Positions 27,505-37,566 of a stretch of DNA of 64,000 nucleotides are shown here, piece after piece. The notes under the pieces are model-generated. The model was given only the letters and a program-made list of their open reading frames with translations. It did not search any database and was not told where the DNA came from. Origin of the DNA: a virus (lineage: Duplodnaviria; Caudoviricetes); the IMG/VR virus record IMGVR_UViG_3300025126_000016, positions 10,264 to 74,263 of that record; one strand, given 5' to 3'. A program made the position numbers and the translations under genes. Position 1 is the first letter of the stretch. Every line of letters begins with the position of its first letter.

Positions 27505-27795
27505 ATGCGTAATTACAAACTGAAAATCGCCCTGCGTTCGGCTCTCACCAAGAAGATTGAGGCCATCAAGTATTTCCGTGACTTCACCGGCTGTGGTCTG
27601 GTGCAGGCCAAGGAGGTGGTCGAACGGTTCGGAGAGAATAATTTCGAGATTATTCTGACCGAGCAGCAATTGGGCCGGTTAATGTATCTGCGGGACCATT
27701 CGAACAAGACCGGATACCCCCACGTATGGGGTTCGATCTATGAGTGTGAACCCTACGGCTCGAACGATATACTCGACATGCGGAATCCGGGATGA
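27505..27795 (+). CDS. Ribosomal protein bL12 (L7/L12) C-terminal-domain-like protein
   Basis: KKIEAIKYFRDFTGCGLVQAKEVVE matches the KIxxIKxxRxxTGxGLxEAKxxVE signature. Confidence 0.75.
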   Translation: MRNYKLKIALRSALTKKIEAIKYFRDFTGCGLVQAKEVVERFGENNFEIILTEQQLGRLMYLRDHSNKTGYPHVWGSIYECEPYGSNDILDMRNPG

Positions 27796-27935
27796 AACGG
27801 TCCCGCTTCAAGCACATCCTGTGCAATTCGCAATGGTGGCTGGTATTCGTCAACTCTCGGGGGGACGAATACTGGCTGCGGCCTGTGGCCGAGCAAGGCC
27901 AACGTTTCCGCTAACCGGAGTAATTCCAATGTTCG

Positions 27936-28184
27936 ATGATCTTGCAGAGCAATCTGAATATCCAACCGAGGAGGACGAAGATGTGTGCGATACCCCAACC
28001 AACTGAGGATTGGCCATGTTCGGCCATGTATCATGAGGACGAGAACTCAGGCGCAATGTCCCTGATGTTCGAGAGACCCCTATCAGCCAATGAGAGATAC
28101 AGAGTCCGCCACCAAATCACCACCAATAGCCATTGGTTGGACGAGCAGACGCTTTTCATACCTGATCTGGCATTCACCGAATAG
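27936..28184 (+). CDS. Hypothetical early protein
   Basis: 82 aa ORF; start uncertain. Confidence 0.4.
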   Translation: MILQSNLNIQPRRTKMCAIPQPTEDWPCSAMYHEDENSGAMSLMFERPLSANERYRVRHQITTNSHWLDEQTLFIPDLAFTE

Positions 28185-28198
28185 GGTAATTTTTTATA

Positions 28199-28257
28199 CA
28201 AGTTGCAAACTTATTATATTTTTTTTAATTTCCGAGAGAGTCTAAAAATATATAATA
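28199..28257 (+). repeat. AT-rich 58-bp element, copy 2
   Basis: Near-identical to 24903-24960. Confidence 0.85.
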
Positions 28258-28438
28258 AGGACCAAAACTTGTTCAGCACTGGTTAAGAGACAGAGCCAGA
28301 TTCACCCTCAGATGCTGGGCGTGGGTCTGGCTCTCGTCAATGCAGCCTTCGCTAAACCATCCACCATATCGACCGTCAGGTGTTTGTGACCGAGAAACTG
28401 GACGCATTCGCCATGCTCGTACTACTGGAGAAAATCAT

Positions 28439-28627
28439 ATGTACTACGTGTTTGCAATAGACCCAGAGCTGGGCGAAGAATCTGGTTCCCAAGTGATCCA
28501 GACCAACAACACTACCGAACTCAACGATGCTGTGGCCAGTCTATTGTCCGACGGGTTCGGACTCGAAACAATTCGCGTGGTCGAAGCATCCAACGCCAAG
28601 GGAGTATCTTTCAATGTCAACTCTTAA
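28439..28627 (+). CDS. Hypothetical early protein
   Basis: MYYVFAIDPELG..., GGAG RBS. Confidence 0.55.
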   Translation: MYYVFAIDPELGEESGSQVIQTNNTTELNDAVASLLSDGFGLETIRVVEASNAKGVSFNVNS

Positions 28628-28804
28628 ATACCAAGCCGTATCGGGCCTGAACGAACAAAAGGGATATTCGCGGGAAGGTTATAGCTGCCGATACCGTGCC
28701 CAGAACGGTAACAAGTGCGCCGTGGGTATGCTCATCAAGGACGAGGACTACACTCCCGAAAGAGGAAGCACTTCGTTTCTTCAAACGATACAAGGAGTAC
28801 GTTA

Positions 28805-29098
28805 ATGAACAGCCAGTTACAGAAAAAACTAATGGCCGCGTTTCCTGATAGCGTCTACATAGCAAGTCACACTTCCACTGACTGGTCGAGCGTTCAATTC
28901 GACGGTCAGCGGCACCAAATCTGTCTGGGCGTTGAATTCGATATCAGTGTCGCTTGTGCGATTGTGTCACAAATCAAGAACGAGACGCTGGACCTAGGTA
29001 TCGACGGATATGTGGTTGGTCACCCGACAATTACGGAAGTGGCTCCTATTCACGACACGACATTCATAACAGTGGAGGTCGTGACCCTTAACGATTAA
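28805..29098 (+). CDS. Hypothetical protein
   Basis: MNSQLQKK..., AAGGAG RBS; WSSVQFDGQRHQI motif recalls a sphingomonad-associated small protein family (unverified). Confidence 0.6.
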   Translation: MNSQLQKKLMAAFPDSVYIASHTSTDWSSVQFDGQRHQICLGVEFDISVACAIVSQIKNETLDLGIDGYVVGHPTITEVAPIHDTTFITVEVVTLND

Positions 29099-29114
29099 CG
29101 AAAGGTATGCTATC

Positions 29115-29414
29115 ATGACGCAAGCAGGACCAACACCCCGACAGGCGATCTTCGATGCGATCAAGGCCGAGGTACTCATTGAAGACAAGGGCCTCGACGT
29201 TGTTGCTCTCAAGACCGATTGGGGCATGACCCTCAAGTTCCAGAGACAGAACAAGACCCTGCCGTGGAGGGTTACTTTCAACTCAAATGGTGAGAGCGGA
29301 ATCTACAAACCGGAAACCGCCTCGCTCCCGAGAGTACAGCAGAGTTACGGTCCCAACCAACTATTGGAACTGCGGGACCAGATCATTACTTATATCCGTA
29401 ATGGTTACATTTAA
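29115..29414 (+). CDS. Hypothetical early protein
   Basis: 99 aa with RBS. Confidence 0.6.
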   Translation: MTQAGPTPRQAIFDAIKAEVLIEDKGLDVVALKTDWGMTLKFQRQNKTLPWRVTFNSNGESGIYKPETASLPRVQQSYGPNQLLELRDQIITYIRNGYI

Positions 29415-29576
29415 AATCTAGGAGATTTACTATGTCTGATTCGAAATTCATTCCTGTTCAGGAATTCTTCGACAATCCTCCATCCAAGGCAGATCAGCCA
29501 TACAAGCTGACCATGTTCCATATAGATGGAACCCAATCCGAGACCGTGATCGAGCATGGCACGAAGGAGAACGCTA

Positions 29577-29732
29577 ATGGGTGCAAGTGACTTCCAGCTA
29601 GGCTATCAGGCCTACTACCGAGACGAACCATTCGACACGGCTCGAACCGAGCAATGGAAGGAGGGTTGGATAACTGCCGAAAATGAAGATTTCGCCGGTG
29701 AATACGAAGAAGATATGGATTACGGAGAATAA
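29577..29732 (+). CDS. Ribosome modulation factor (RMF)-like small protein, 51 aa
   Basis: Hand translation MGASDFQLGYQAYYRDEPFDTARTEQWKEGWITAENEDF...; shares QxGYQA, P[YF]xT, QWxxGWxxA with E. coli RMF; AAGGAG RBS. Confidence 0.55.
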   Translation: MGASDFQLGYQAYYRDEPFDTARTEQWKEGWITAENEDFAGEYEEDMDYGE

Positions 29733-29734
29733 TT

Positions 29735-30070
29735 ATGACCACGATTACCTATAAGGACCGCCGCCCCGAGACCGATCACGCAACTCGTATGCGAGTTCGC
29801 CGCGCTCGTCAGAATGCATGGACGCCAGGTTTTACTCCTGTCACTAACCAGAAAATTCTGGCTCGCATCAATGCCATGCAAACCCTGCTGACCGCAGGTT
29901 ACAAGCAGCGTTTCGAGGACGGAAAGATCAAGAAGATGCCGAGTGACAGCGCAATCCGGCAGGAAGCCGAGAATACTGTGGCCAAGACCTTGGCACAGAC
30001 CCCTGTCGGTGTTCGAACCCGCCCGTTCCGTGGAACCGGCAAAGATTATCGGGTGCAGGCAAATGGGTAA
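29735..30070 (+). CDS. Hypothetical basic early protein
   Basis: 111 aa, GGAG RBS. Confidence 0.6.
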   Translation: MTTITYKDRRPETDHATRMRVRRARQNAWTPGFTPVTNQKILARINAMQTLLTAGYKQRFEDGKIKKMPSDSAIRQEAENTVAKTLAQTPVGVRTRPFRGTGKDYRVQANG

Positions 30071-30290
30071 GCTCAACACTCGAATTCATGAACAGGAAGA
30101 CCAACCAGAACAACTGTGGTTCCGGCTCAAGAGCACAGGTGTGCTCTACCGTCGAGGTCTGGACGGATTATGTATAAGTAGAGGAGGACGCATCACCTCC
30201 TTAAATTACTCTGGAGAAGTGTACAAGACTTTCGAGTCCGACAGTTATGAACCACTTCCAGAAGGAACAGTGATTGAAATCACTCTGTAG
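30063..30290 (+). CDS. Hypothetical protein
   Basis: Start MGKLNT overlapping the previous stop. Confidence 0.55.
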   Translation: MGKLNTRIHEQEDQPEQLWFRLKSTGVLYRRGLDGLCISRGGRITSLNYSGEVYKTFESDSYEPLPEGTVIEITL

Positions 30291-30301
30291 AGGAAAGTAA
30301 G

Positions 30302-30802
30302 ATGAACAAGAAGAATCTACGCAAACTCGCCAAGTACCTGATGGCCCTGCCGAAGGATTATCGGGCATTTGAAATGCGGAGCTTTATGGAAAAGGCTACC
30401 GCCGATGAAGTTCGTGACTATATCGCCAAGAATGGCAATATGTGCGGCAGTTGTGCTTGTGCTGTAGGGCATGGGCCACATGCTGGAATTACCCTTGAAA
30501 TCTCGGATGATGATTGGGATAATTTCTTTATCTGCAATGATGATGGAGGAGTGGCCAGCATCTGGGCGTTCTATTGCGAACATGCTTTTGACATCACGTT
30601 CGGTAACCGAGATTTCGAATGGTTCTTCGGCGGTGAGTGGGATAAGGTAGACAACACCCCGCAAGGGGCCGCTGCTCGAATCCTGTATGTGCTGGATGGA
30701 AACGAAATCCCTGACGATTTTGAGGACTCTCTTGAATTGTCCGTAAGTTCGGATGAGGCCCAACTGGTGATGTGCCAACGCTATATGAGGTATATGAAAT
30801 GA
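30302..30802 (+). CDS. Hypothetical Cys-motif phage protein
   Basis: FEMRSF...CGSCACAVGH motif. Confidence 0.7.
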   Translation: MNKKNLRKLAKYLMALPKDYRAFEMRSFMEKATADEVRDYIAKNGNMCGSCACAVGHGPHAGITLEISDDDWDNFFICNDDGGVASIWAFYCEHAFDITFGNRDFEWFFGGEWDKVDNTPQGAAARILYVLDGNEIPDDFEDSLELSVSSDEAQLVMCQRYMRYMK

Positions 30803-30910
30803 ACGTCCCGCAGATTTCAAAAGCGAATCCGAGACTTCGGACAAGCAGCGACAGTGTCTGGCCCCTTCGGGGGCCGGATGGCCGGACGTTTGCAGAAAGG
30901 AAAGCAGACA

Positions 30911-31177
30911 ATGAGAAAGGCGATAATCCACGTTAACCGCCAGCATATTGGAATGAACGCCAAAGACGGGGGCGACCGTCCCGTCTACACAATCAAGAAA
31001 ACCCCAAGCGCCAAGGCTCTGTATGCTCGTGAGGTCAACATCAATGGACCGAGCAAACTGATCTATAACGGCGACCAGCTTAATTGCGGGGCCAGAGCTT
31101 GGATTGAGTGTGATTACAAGGACATAGAACCCATAGGAGGTTGGTATGACTTTAAGGAAGCCCGTAGGGCAGCATAG
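30911..31177 (+). CDS. Conserved hypothetical phage protein
   Basis: IIHVNRQHI...GPSKLIY...CGARAWIE motif. Confidence 0.7.
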   Translation: MRKAIIHVNRQHIGMNAKDGGDRPVYTIKKTPSAKALYAREVNINGPSKLIYNGDQLNCGARAWIECDYKDIEPIGGWYDFKEARRAA

Positions 31178-31200
31178 ACTGTTGCCGAACCACGATTGGT

Positions 31201-31863
31201 GTGATACCTGCGGTGGTGAAGGAATCGTTTGGGTCGGGAACGGCCCGAGCGAACGAGAAGAACAGTGCGAGGAATGTGATGGGGAAGGCCAATCCGAAAC
31301 TCAATGTGAAGAAGCATAAGATACTGTGGGTTGATCGCAACCGACTGGTCCTGTGCGGCCTGTTGGATAAATATCCCACAATGTCTAGTGTAACTCGCAG
31401 GATTCTGACTCCTTCAACTCATAGGTACACGGCAGCACAGCGCATGCATATTGTCGCCACGTACTGGACTCCCGAACTTCCCCGCTCTTGGGTGTTCTAT
31501 CAATTTGAACGCATGGGGGGTAGTTTTACTGCTGCCAAGAAAGTATTCGAACACCAAGCTTACCAAGAACCTGGCCGAAGCAAGTATTCTTTTCTAGGGA
31601 CCAACAACTTGGCCTTTATAGGTCATGAGGAAATAGAAAGGTATTACTTACGAAGAGATAGGAACGCGATCATGTCTCATCCGAGTTGGGCGATACCTTA
31701 CTTCAACGATGCTCGCAAACAGGGTGTCAAGTTACAGGAGATAGCTGACCGTCTGGAACTGACGATGAATCAAGTAAAGCATATGGTCTATGATGTTGCC
31801 CCTCGGGGTATATTCAGACCAAATGTGAAGAATCCAAATCTAGGAAATCCTTGGAAACATTGA
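31201..31863 (+). CDS. Putative DNA-binding protein with C-terminal HTH
   Basis: GVKLQEIADRLELTMNQVKHMV; start uncertain. Confidence 0.55.
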   Translation: MIPAVVKESFGSGTARANEKNSARNVMGKANPKLNVKKHKILWVDRNRLVLCGLLDKYPTMSSVTRRILTPSTHRYTAAQRMHIVATYWTPELPRSWVFYQFERMGGSFTAAKKVFEHQAYQEPGRSKYSFLGTNNLAFIGHEEIERYYLRRDRNAIMSHPSWAIPYFNDARKQGVKLQEIADRLELTMNQVKHMVYDVAPRGIFRPNVKNPNLGNPWKH

Positions 31864-31875
31864 AAGGAAATCTAA

Positions 31876-33948
31876 ATGCGTACTCTGAAAGAGGCAACCC
31901 CCGTTACCAAGAGTAATGTGGGCGAAACCAAGAGGGCGACTATTAAAGCGTCCGCTAAAATCTTCAACTTCTTCTCCGAGCAAATCTATTCGGACAAGTA
32001 TACGGCAATCTGGCGCGAACTGGTGGCTAACGCTATCGACGCTCAGAAGATGAACGGTGAAACCCGGCCACCTATTGTGACCGCACCGTCAATGCTTGAG
32101 CCTTACGCCAAGGTTCGGGACTTCGGGTGCAGCATGGACCACGAGTTCATGATGGACAAGTTCATGGCATTTACGGATGCCTCGACCAAAGAGCATTCGG
32201 ATGATTTCATCGGTGGGTTCGGAATTGGTTCGAAAGCACCGCTGGCTTACACTCAGCAGTATTCAATCAAGTGCTACCTAGGCGGAATCGTTCGGGTCTA
32301 CTCCATCTTCAAGGATGAGGAAGATTGCCCGAGCATTGCATTCCTATCCGAAGATAGCACCGACGAGCCTGATGGTGTAGAGGTAGGATTTCCTGTACGT
32401 CAGGACGATGTTCAGCGTTTCACTGATACATTGGTCAAGACGCTCCAGTATTTCAATCCTCTGCCAATTCTGGAAGGCACAGAGCTTGAACTCAAGGCTA
32501 TCGAATATGATGTTCGGGGCGACAAGTGGGGTATCCGTTTCTTCAAACCGAACGGTAACCGCAATGGCCGTATCATTGTAGGTGGTGTGTCATATCCTCT
32601 GGATAGTAGTGCGATCACTTACACATACAAGAACCTTCGAAAGTTCATGAACATGGGCCTCGACATTTTCCTCGACATTGGGGAAGTGAATATCGCCCTG
32701 TCTCGTGAGCATGTCACTCATGATGAGGAATTGCTGACGAAGATCGAAAGCATCCTCGAAGGCATTGCCGAGGAATACGGCAAGCAGCTATCTGCCAAGT
32801 TTGCTGGAGCTAAGACGCTCTGGGAAGCCAAGGCATTGCTCAATGATCTGATCGAAGATGCCGACTACTCGCTGCGGGAAATCCTGCAAAATTATGCGGT
32901 GTGGGACGGAGACAAGATCACGGGCAACATCATGGCCCCGAAGCTTCCGTTGCTCTATGTCGCCTATGGTAACTTCGGTTACAACTATAAGGGTAGGCAG
33001 CACGGCCATTACGGCATCCCGACCACAGAGGCGGTCAATCCCCGCTTCCGTGCTTGGACCGACAACTGCCGGTTCCAGCCTCATACGTTCGACATGATCG
33101 TATGGGACGATGATACCGACAAGTCCACGTTAAGGATGCGTACCTGCGTTGAAGCCAACTCGGGTAAGCGAATCCTGATCGTTCGCAATAATGCTCCTGA
33201 TGATAAGGACGATGTGACGCTCAAGCAATTCCTTGAGGCGATCGGCAATCCACCGGGCGCATTGGTCACAAAGTTGAGCAGCTACAAACCTGCAAAGGTG
33301 CATCGCAATGCGCCAGGTTCAGTGGCTACTCGTCCGTTCAGTTGCTACGTTCGGGACACCAACCCGTATGTAAACAGCAGTCGGGACCATGCCCTGCCTT
33401 CGGACGGTGGCATGTATATTGTGATGAACAACTTTGCTGCCAAGTCCAGCAGCAATGATATTCAGATTGCTCGTCGTAGCAAGCCTGAAAACATCGTGTG
33501 GCTCAACCTCACTGACTTCAAGGCAAGTGGGATTGAGAACGACCCGAAGTGGTACTCTGTCGAAGAGGGTGTCAAGAAGGTCAAGGAAGAATATCGCAAG
33601 GAATACAAAGACTTGCCAGAAGCCACTGGCTGGCACATGGCTCGTCAGGATTATTCCATGAACGATGTTCTCCTGCATATCGACGAGTTGGCTGAGTTGG
33701 ACAACTTCCCGAAGCGAGGTCCTTTGTTGCAAATTTTGCGCTTGCATGAGAAGCACAAGGACGTTACCACCACCGAGCATCAGGCAGTTCGTAGAGAACT
33801 ACTCAAGGTGGACGGAACGGGTCATTTTGCCCGTATCCGTAAGTTGGTCGAAGATGTAAAGGCCAAGCATCCGCTAATTGCGGAGTTGTGCGATGATTCA
33901 ATGCTGTTTCGTCGTTCATCGAATGAAATGAAAAATCGGTTGTTCTAA
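31876..33948 (+). CDS. rIIA: rIIA-like protein (GHKL ATPase domain)
   Basis: IYSDKYTAIWRELVANAIDA, VRDFGCSM, STK...GGFGIGSKAPLAY, LSRE motifs; followed by rIIB. Confidence 0.9.
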   Translation: MRTLKEATPVTKSNVGETKRATIKASAKIFNFFSEQIYSDKYTAIWRELVANAIDAQKMNGETRPPIVTAPSMLEPYAKVRDFGCSMDHEFMMDKFMAFTDASTKEHSDDFIGGFGIGSKAPLAYTQQYSIKCYLGGIVRVYSIFKDEEDCPSIAFLSEDSTDEPDGVEVGFPVRQDDVQRFTDTLVKTLQYFNPLPILEGTELELKAIEYDVRGDKWGIRFFKPNGNRNGRIIVGGVSYPLDSSAITYTYKNLRKFMNMGLDIFLDIGEVNIALSREHVTHDEELLTKIESILEGIAEEYGKQLSAKFAGAKTLWEAKALLNDLIEDADYSLREILQNYAVWDGDKITGNIMAPKLPLLYVAYGNFGYNYKGRQHGHYGIPTTEAVNPRFRAWTDNCRFQPHTFDMIVWDDDTDKSTLRMRTCVEANSGKRILIVRNNAPDDKDDVTLKQFLEAIGNPPGALVTKLSSYKPAKVHRNAPGSVATRPFSCYVRDTNPYVNSSRDHALPSDGGMYIVMNNFAAKSSSNDIQIARRSKPENIVWLNLTDFKASGIENDPKWYSVEEGVKKVKEEYRKEYKDLPEATGWHMARQDYSMNDVLLHIDELAELDNFPKRGPLLQILRLHEKHKDVTTTEHQAVRRELLKVDGTGHFARIRKLVEDVKAKHPLIAELCDDSMLFRRSSNEMKNRLF

Positions 33949-33962
33949 AGGAAGGAAGTAAA

Positions 33963-35120
33963 ATGAGTACTTTTAATGCAGGTGATAAGGTCCGTGTCTT
34001 GGTCAATGATTTTGGACAAATCGGGCCGGCTGATGACGATTACATCGAAGAAGGTGAAATCGGCACCGTCGTAAGCTTCAATAGTGAGTCTAATATCTAT
34101 TACGTTACTGGTGAAAACGCCAAGAGCAATTGGAGTTATTACGACTACGAACTCGAAGCAGTGAAAGGAAATAACATGCACGTTGCTATGATTACCAATA
34201 CCACTGGTGCTACGATTGTTATCGGGACGAATGTCCATACGATTGCTAACGATCATCCGAATTTCGAGACCATCAAGGATGCCTATGCTGACCCAAGTCG
34301 GCACGAGGAACTTGAGGACCTGATTTCGGTGACGAAGGCCATCAACAAGCATTCGGCCAGCACCAATATCCGTGTCGAAAACGGCAAGCTGTTCTACGGC
34401 GACCGTGAAATGCGAACCGGTCTTGCTCGTCGCATCATCCAGATGGTGAGCGAAGGCAAGGAAGGGCAGGCCGCTCCGCTTGTCAACTTCATGGGGAACG
34501 TGATGCTCAACCCGAGCTATCGCGCCGTGGAAGGTCTGTACGAGTGGCTCGAACGTTCGAACCTGCCCATCACCCCTGACGGTTGCTTCATTGCATGGAA
34601 GATGGTCCGTGATGATTACAAGGACATCTATTCCGGCAAGTTCGACAATTCGGTTGGTTGCGTGGTTGAAATTCCTCGCAATCAGGTGGACGAAAACCCT
34701 GACCGCACCTCTTCGAGTGGCCTTCACTTCTGCTCGAATGACTATCTGTCCAGCGGTTACGCTCGTGGTGGCCGCACGATGATGGTCAAGGTCAATCCTC
34801 GTGATGTTGGTGCCTTCCCGCACGACTACAACATCAGCAAGGGCCGTTGCTGCCGCTATGAAGTGATCGAAGAGGTCACTCATGAAGAAGCACAGACCCG
34901 CTTCACTCGGACGCCGACTGCCGTGTATCGCGGCGGAACGCAAGCCCGCAAGATTGTCGAACGTCTCGACACTCGGGGCGACCGTGCCGAAATCACTCTC
35001 GTCTTTACTGACGGGTCTCGGCAGACCACGAAGAATCGCCTCGGTGATACTACTTCGTATGAACAGAAGGGCGATACCGTGACGCTGCTGCCTTCGGGCC
35101 GTACGATCACCCTCGACTAA
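33963..35120 (+). CDS. rIIB: rIIB-like protein with N-terminal SH3-like extension
   Basis: LPITPDGCFIAWKMV, MPRNQVDENPDRTSSSGLHF-type motif, RCCRYEV; second strong RBS and ATG at 34176. Confidence 0.88.
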   Translation: MSTFNAGDKVRVLVNDFGQIGPADDDYIEEGEIGTVVSFNSESNIYYVTGENAKSNWSYYDYELEAVKGNNMHVAMITNTTGATIVIGTNVHTIANDHPNFETIKDAYADPSRHEELEDLISVTKAINKHSASTNIRVENGKLFYGDREMRTGLARRIIQMVSEGKEGQAAPLVNFMGNVMLNPSYRAVEGLYEWLERSNLPITPDGCFIAWKMVRDDYKDIYSGKFDNSVGCVVEIPRNQVDENPDRTSSSGLHFCSNDYLSSGYARGGRTMMVKVNPRDVGAFPHDYNISKGRCCRYEVIEEVTHEEAQTRFTRTPTAVYRGGTQARKIVERLDTRGDRAEITLVFTDGSRQTTKNRLGDTTSYEQKGDTVTLLPSGRTITLD

Positions 35121-35132
35121 TCTGATCGACTA

Positions 35133-35178
35133 GAGACTGGCAGGACTTCCCTATTCGTCCTGTCAGTCTCACCTTTTT
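35133..35178 (+). terminator. Intrinsic terminator after rIIB
   Basis: GAGACTGGCAGGAC/GTCCTGTCAGTCTC stem plus T-tract. Confidence 0.8.
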
Positions 35179-35190
35179 GGAGTATCTGAA

Positions 35191-35658
35191 ATGACTGATG
35201 CAGAACGAGAAGAACTTGAAACTCTTCGTGCCAAAGTGGCCAATATGGAGAGAATACAAGCAGACTATCAAAACCCTGATGTGCTACTTCTACAAGGTAG
35301 ATTAGGTCACTACGAAGGAGAATACTCTGCGATTTCAGTAAAGACCCAAACCGGTCTAGTGTATCTGGCCGAAGCCGTAGAAGATATGGTGTCTTGGCAA
35401 GGTTCCATCATGACTATTCAATTTCACATAGCGACTGAACCTCTCAACTTCTATGAGCTTGAGGAAAATCTAGTTAAAACCGCTATGGGCAACACCACTG
35501 CGAAGTATTCTCACGCTTATTCTGACCTGACGGGCTGCTTGTGGACTAACGAAGAAGTCAAAGTCGATAAGCACGACATTCTGAGAGAAATCTGCTCTAT
35601 TATGAGTTCAATGAAGGGGGACAAATACATTGCCTTTAGGGCCGAGAAGAAGTCATGA
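35191..35658 (+). CDS. Hypothetical protein
   Basis: 155 aa, GGAG RBS. Confidence 0.65.
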   Translation: MTDAEREELETLRAKVANMERIQADYQNPDVLLLQGRLGHYEGEYSAISVKTQTGLVYLAEAVEDMVSWQGSIMTIQFHIATEPLNFYELEENLVKTAMGNTTAKYSHAYSDLTGCLWTNEEVKVDKHDILREICSIMSSMKGDKYIAFRAEKKS

Positions 35659-36039
35659 TTTCTTTTTTTATTTGGGGTTATCGTAGGTCTGGTGATAATT
35701 GCTTGGGGATGGAGAAAGGAAGCTAAATCCTCCAAGCGACTCTACCAGTGGAGACAAGAGCAGGTTGGAAATCTTCTCGTAAAGATTAATAAAAAACCTT
35801 CTATCCCCACAGGCGGGGGCGGTGGGTTCAATCCCGCTCCGCAGCAGACCAGGATTTTTGGGAATGCCAAGACCGAAGTTATGATCGCCGAATGGCTGGA
35901 GCAGCAGTGGTCGCCGCTTGGGGACGACATCACAGACATGGAAAATTCAAGACAAATCGCCGCTCGTATTCGTAGAGGAGAATATCTCAATGAACTTGTA
36001 TCGACTGAAAGACGGGACCTTTGTAGGGACGCAGGCTGA
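35655..36039 (+). pseudogene. Membrane-anchored protein with apparent extra T in a T7 run near 35663
   Basis: Removing one T joins ATG 35655 to the 35692 frame, giving MISFLFGVIVGLVIIAWGWRK. Confidence 0.5.
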
Positions 36040-36340
36040 TGCCAAGCAGTCAGGACAAGAATGGGAACCCTTCGACTTCCCAATCAACCCCAAATCCGAC
36101 ACCATCCAAGCGCTCAACCGACTTGTTGCGGAAGAGGCACCACAAGCGCCGCAACCAGCAGAGCCGACGACGGACGAGGTAACCTTCGCCGAACGCATGG
36201 TGACACAAACCGCTGATGGAAAGCAGACAGTGGAAGGTGCTGTCGAACTCATTATGACATGTAGCTCCATCACGTTGGGCCGACTCTCAAAGGCGGTCGC
36301 AATCCGCTTTGGAGAATTAGCGAAAAGGAAACGGAAATGA
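35990..36340 (+). CDS. Hypothetical protein
   Basis: Start MNLYRLKDG with GAGGAG RBS. Confidence 0.7.
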   Translation: MNLYRLKDGTFVGTQADAKQSGQEWEPFDFPINPKSDTIQALNRLVAEEAPQAPQPAEPTTDEVTFAERMVTQTADGKQTVEGAVELIMTCSSITLGRLSKAVAIRFGELAKRKRK

Positions 36341-36528
36341 CCTACTATACCCTCGGGTCCAAAGAACGACCCATGTACAATCCTGAGGATGATCCGCAGC
36401 ATTGCTTCATCACTCTGGAAGAGAGGCTGAGGAAGTTGGAGTTTCTGGAAAAGGAACTACCCGAGGCGAAGTTGACCCATGTGTGGTACATTCAGGGTCT
36501 GTTCCACGCCTATAGATGTGGAGAGTAA
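36337..36528 (+). CDS. Hypothetical protein
   Basis: 63 aa, coupled start/stop overlap. Confidence 0.55.
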   Translation: MTYYTLGSKERPMYNPEDDPQHCFITLEERLRKLEFLEKELPEAKLTHVWYIQGLFHAYRCGE

Positions 36529-36529
36529 A

Positions 36530-37225
36530 ATGGTTACTGTAGTAAGCCTGTTCGACGAGAGCGGAAACATGGGCCGACCGTGGGCCGAGAGAGGCGCGGC
36601 GGTATATTGTTTCGACACTCAGAACAAGAACACGGTAAAGCACACTGACGGTGGCGGCATCATGTTCTTCTTCGATAATGATCTTAACGACGATGCTGTA
36701 ATCCAGAACATTCACGAAATTGTCCGGCCCGACATCATCTTTGGTTTCCCGCCCTGCACTGATCTTGCAGTCTCGGGTGCTGCTCACTTTGAGAATAAAC
36801 GTATCAAGGATGTCAACTTCCAGATCAATGCTGTATCACTTGCTCGTCAGGTTGAAAAGCTAGGTAATCTGACAGGCAAACCTTGGTTCGCAGAGAATCC
36901 GGTATCGGTCCTCTCGACCATGTGGCGCAAGCCCGATCACATGTTTCACCCTTATGAGTATGGCGGGTATCTGCCGGAAGATGATGTTCACCCTCGTTGG
37001 CCCGACTATATTGCGCCGCGAGACAAATACCGCAAGAAAACCTGCCTATGGACCGGCAATGGTTTCATCATGCCCCTGAAGAAATCTGTGGGCGACCCTG
37101 GTGCAGATTCGGCTCAACACAGTAAGTTGGGCGGCAAGTCTGCCAAGACGAAACAAATTCGTAGTGAGACCCCTCGTGGTTTCGCTCAAGCAGTAATGGA
37201 GGTTAATTATGCAGCTGCCAGTTGA
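36530..37225 (+). CDS. Orphan DNA cytosine-C5 methyltransferase
   Basis: VVSLFD motif I, GFPPCTDL catalytic PC, ENPVS, RSETPRGF. Confidence 0.85.
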   Translation: MVTVVSLFDESGNMGRPWAERGAAVYCFDTQNKNTVKHTDGGGIMFFFDNDLNDDAVIQNIHEIVRPDIIFGFPPCTDLAVSGAAHFENKRIKDVNFQINAVSLARQVEKLGNLTGKPWFAENPVSVLSTMWRKPDHMFHPYEYGGYLPEDDVHPRWPDYIAPRDKYRKKTCLWTGNGFIMPLKKSVGDPGADSAQHSKLGGKSAKTKQIRSETPRGFAQAVMEVNYAAAS

Positions 37226-37566
37226 AGGATACCGCCCTGCCCCCGGAATTTGGGGGTTATGTCCGAGAAATCACTCTCTTGGATTCCAAAAATGTTATCG
37301 CCATTAGTGTGAGGGCAAACCAGAGTAAGAAAGGCACTGGAAAAATCTGGCGTAAAGCGATCTATGTCTTGGATGAAAAATCCAATGATTGGGACTTTCT
37401 ATGCGAGGTAAGAAAAACCACTACTTGGAGAGGACCATCATTCAAGGTTGATTACTTTCCAAACGGAGCAAACGGCAGAGCCGCAGGGAAATGGTGTGAC
37501 TCTTGGTTTAACGACGAGGCAGACGCCGAGAAATTTATGGACCTGACATGGGAGTTCTTTGTATGA
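37222..37566 (+). CDS. Hypothetical protein
   Basis: 114 aa, coupled to upstream gene. Confidence 0.6.
   Translation: MKDTALPPEFGGYVREITLLDSKNVIAISVRANQSKKGTGKIWRKAIYVLDEKSNDWDFLCEVRKTTTWRGPSFKVDYFPNGANGRAAGKWCDSWFNDEADAEKFMDLTWEFFV

Noticed and set aside
28614-28805. Short ORF with CRYRAQNGNKCAVGMLI motif
   Set aside because: Looks like a truncated remnant of a longer phage protein family; too little to call a function
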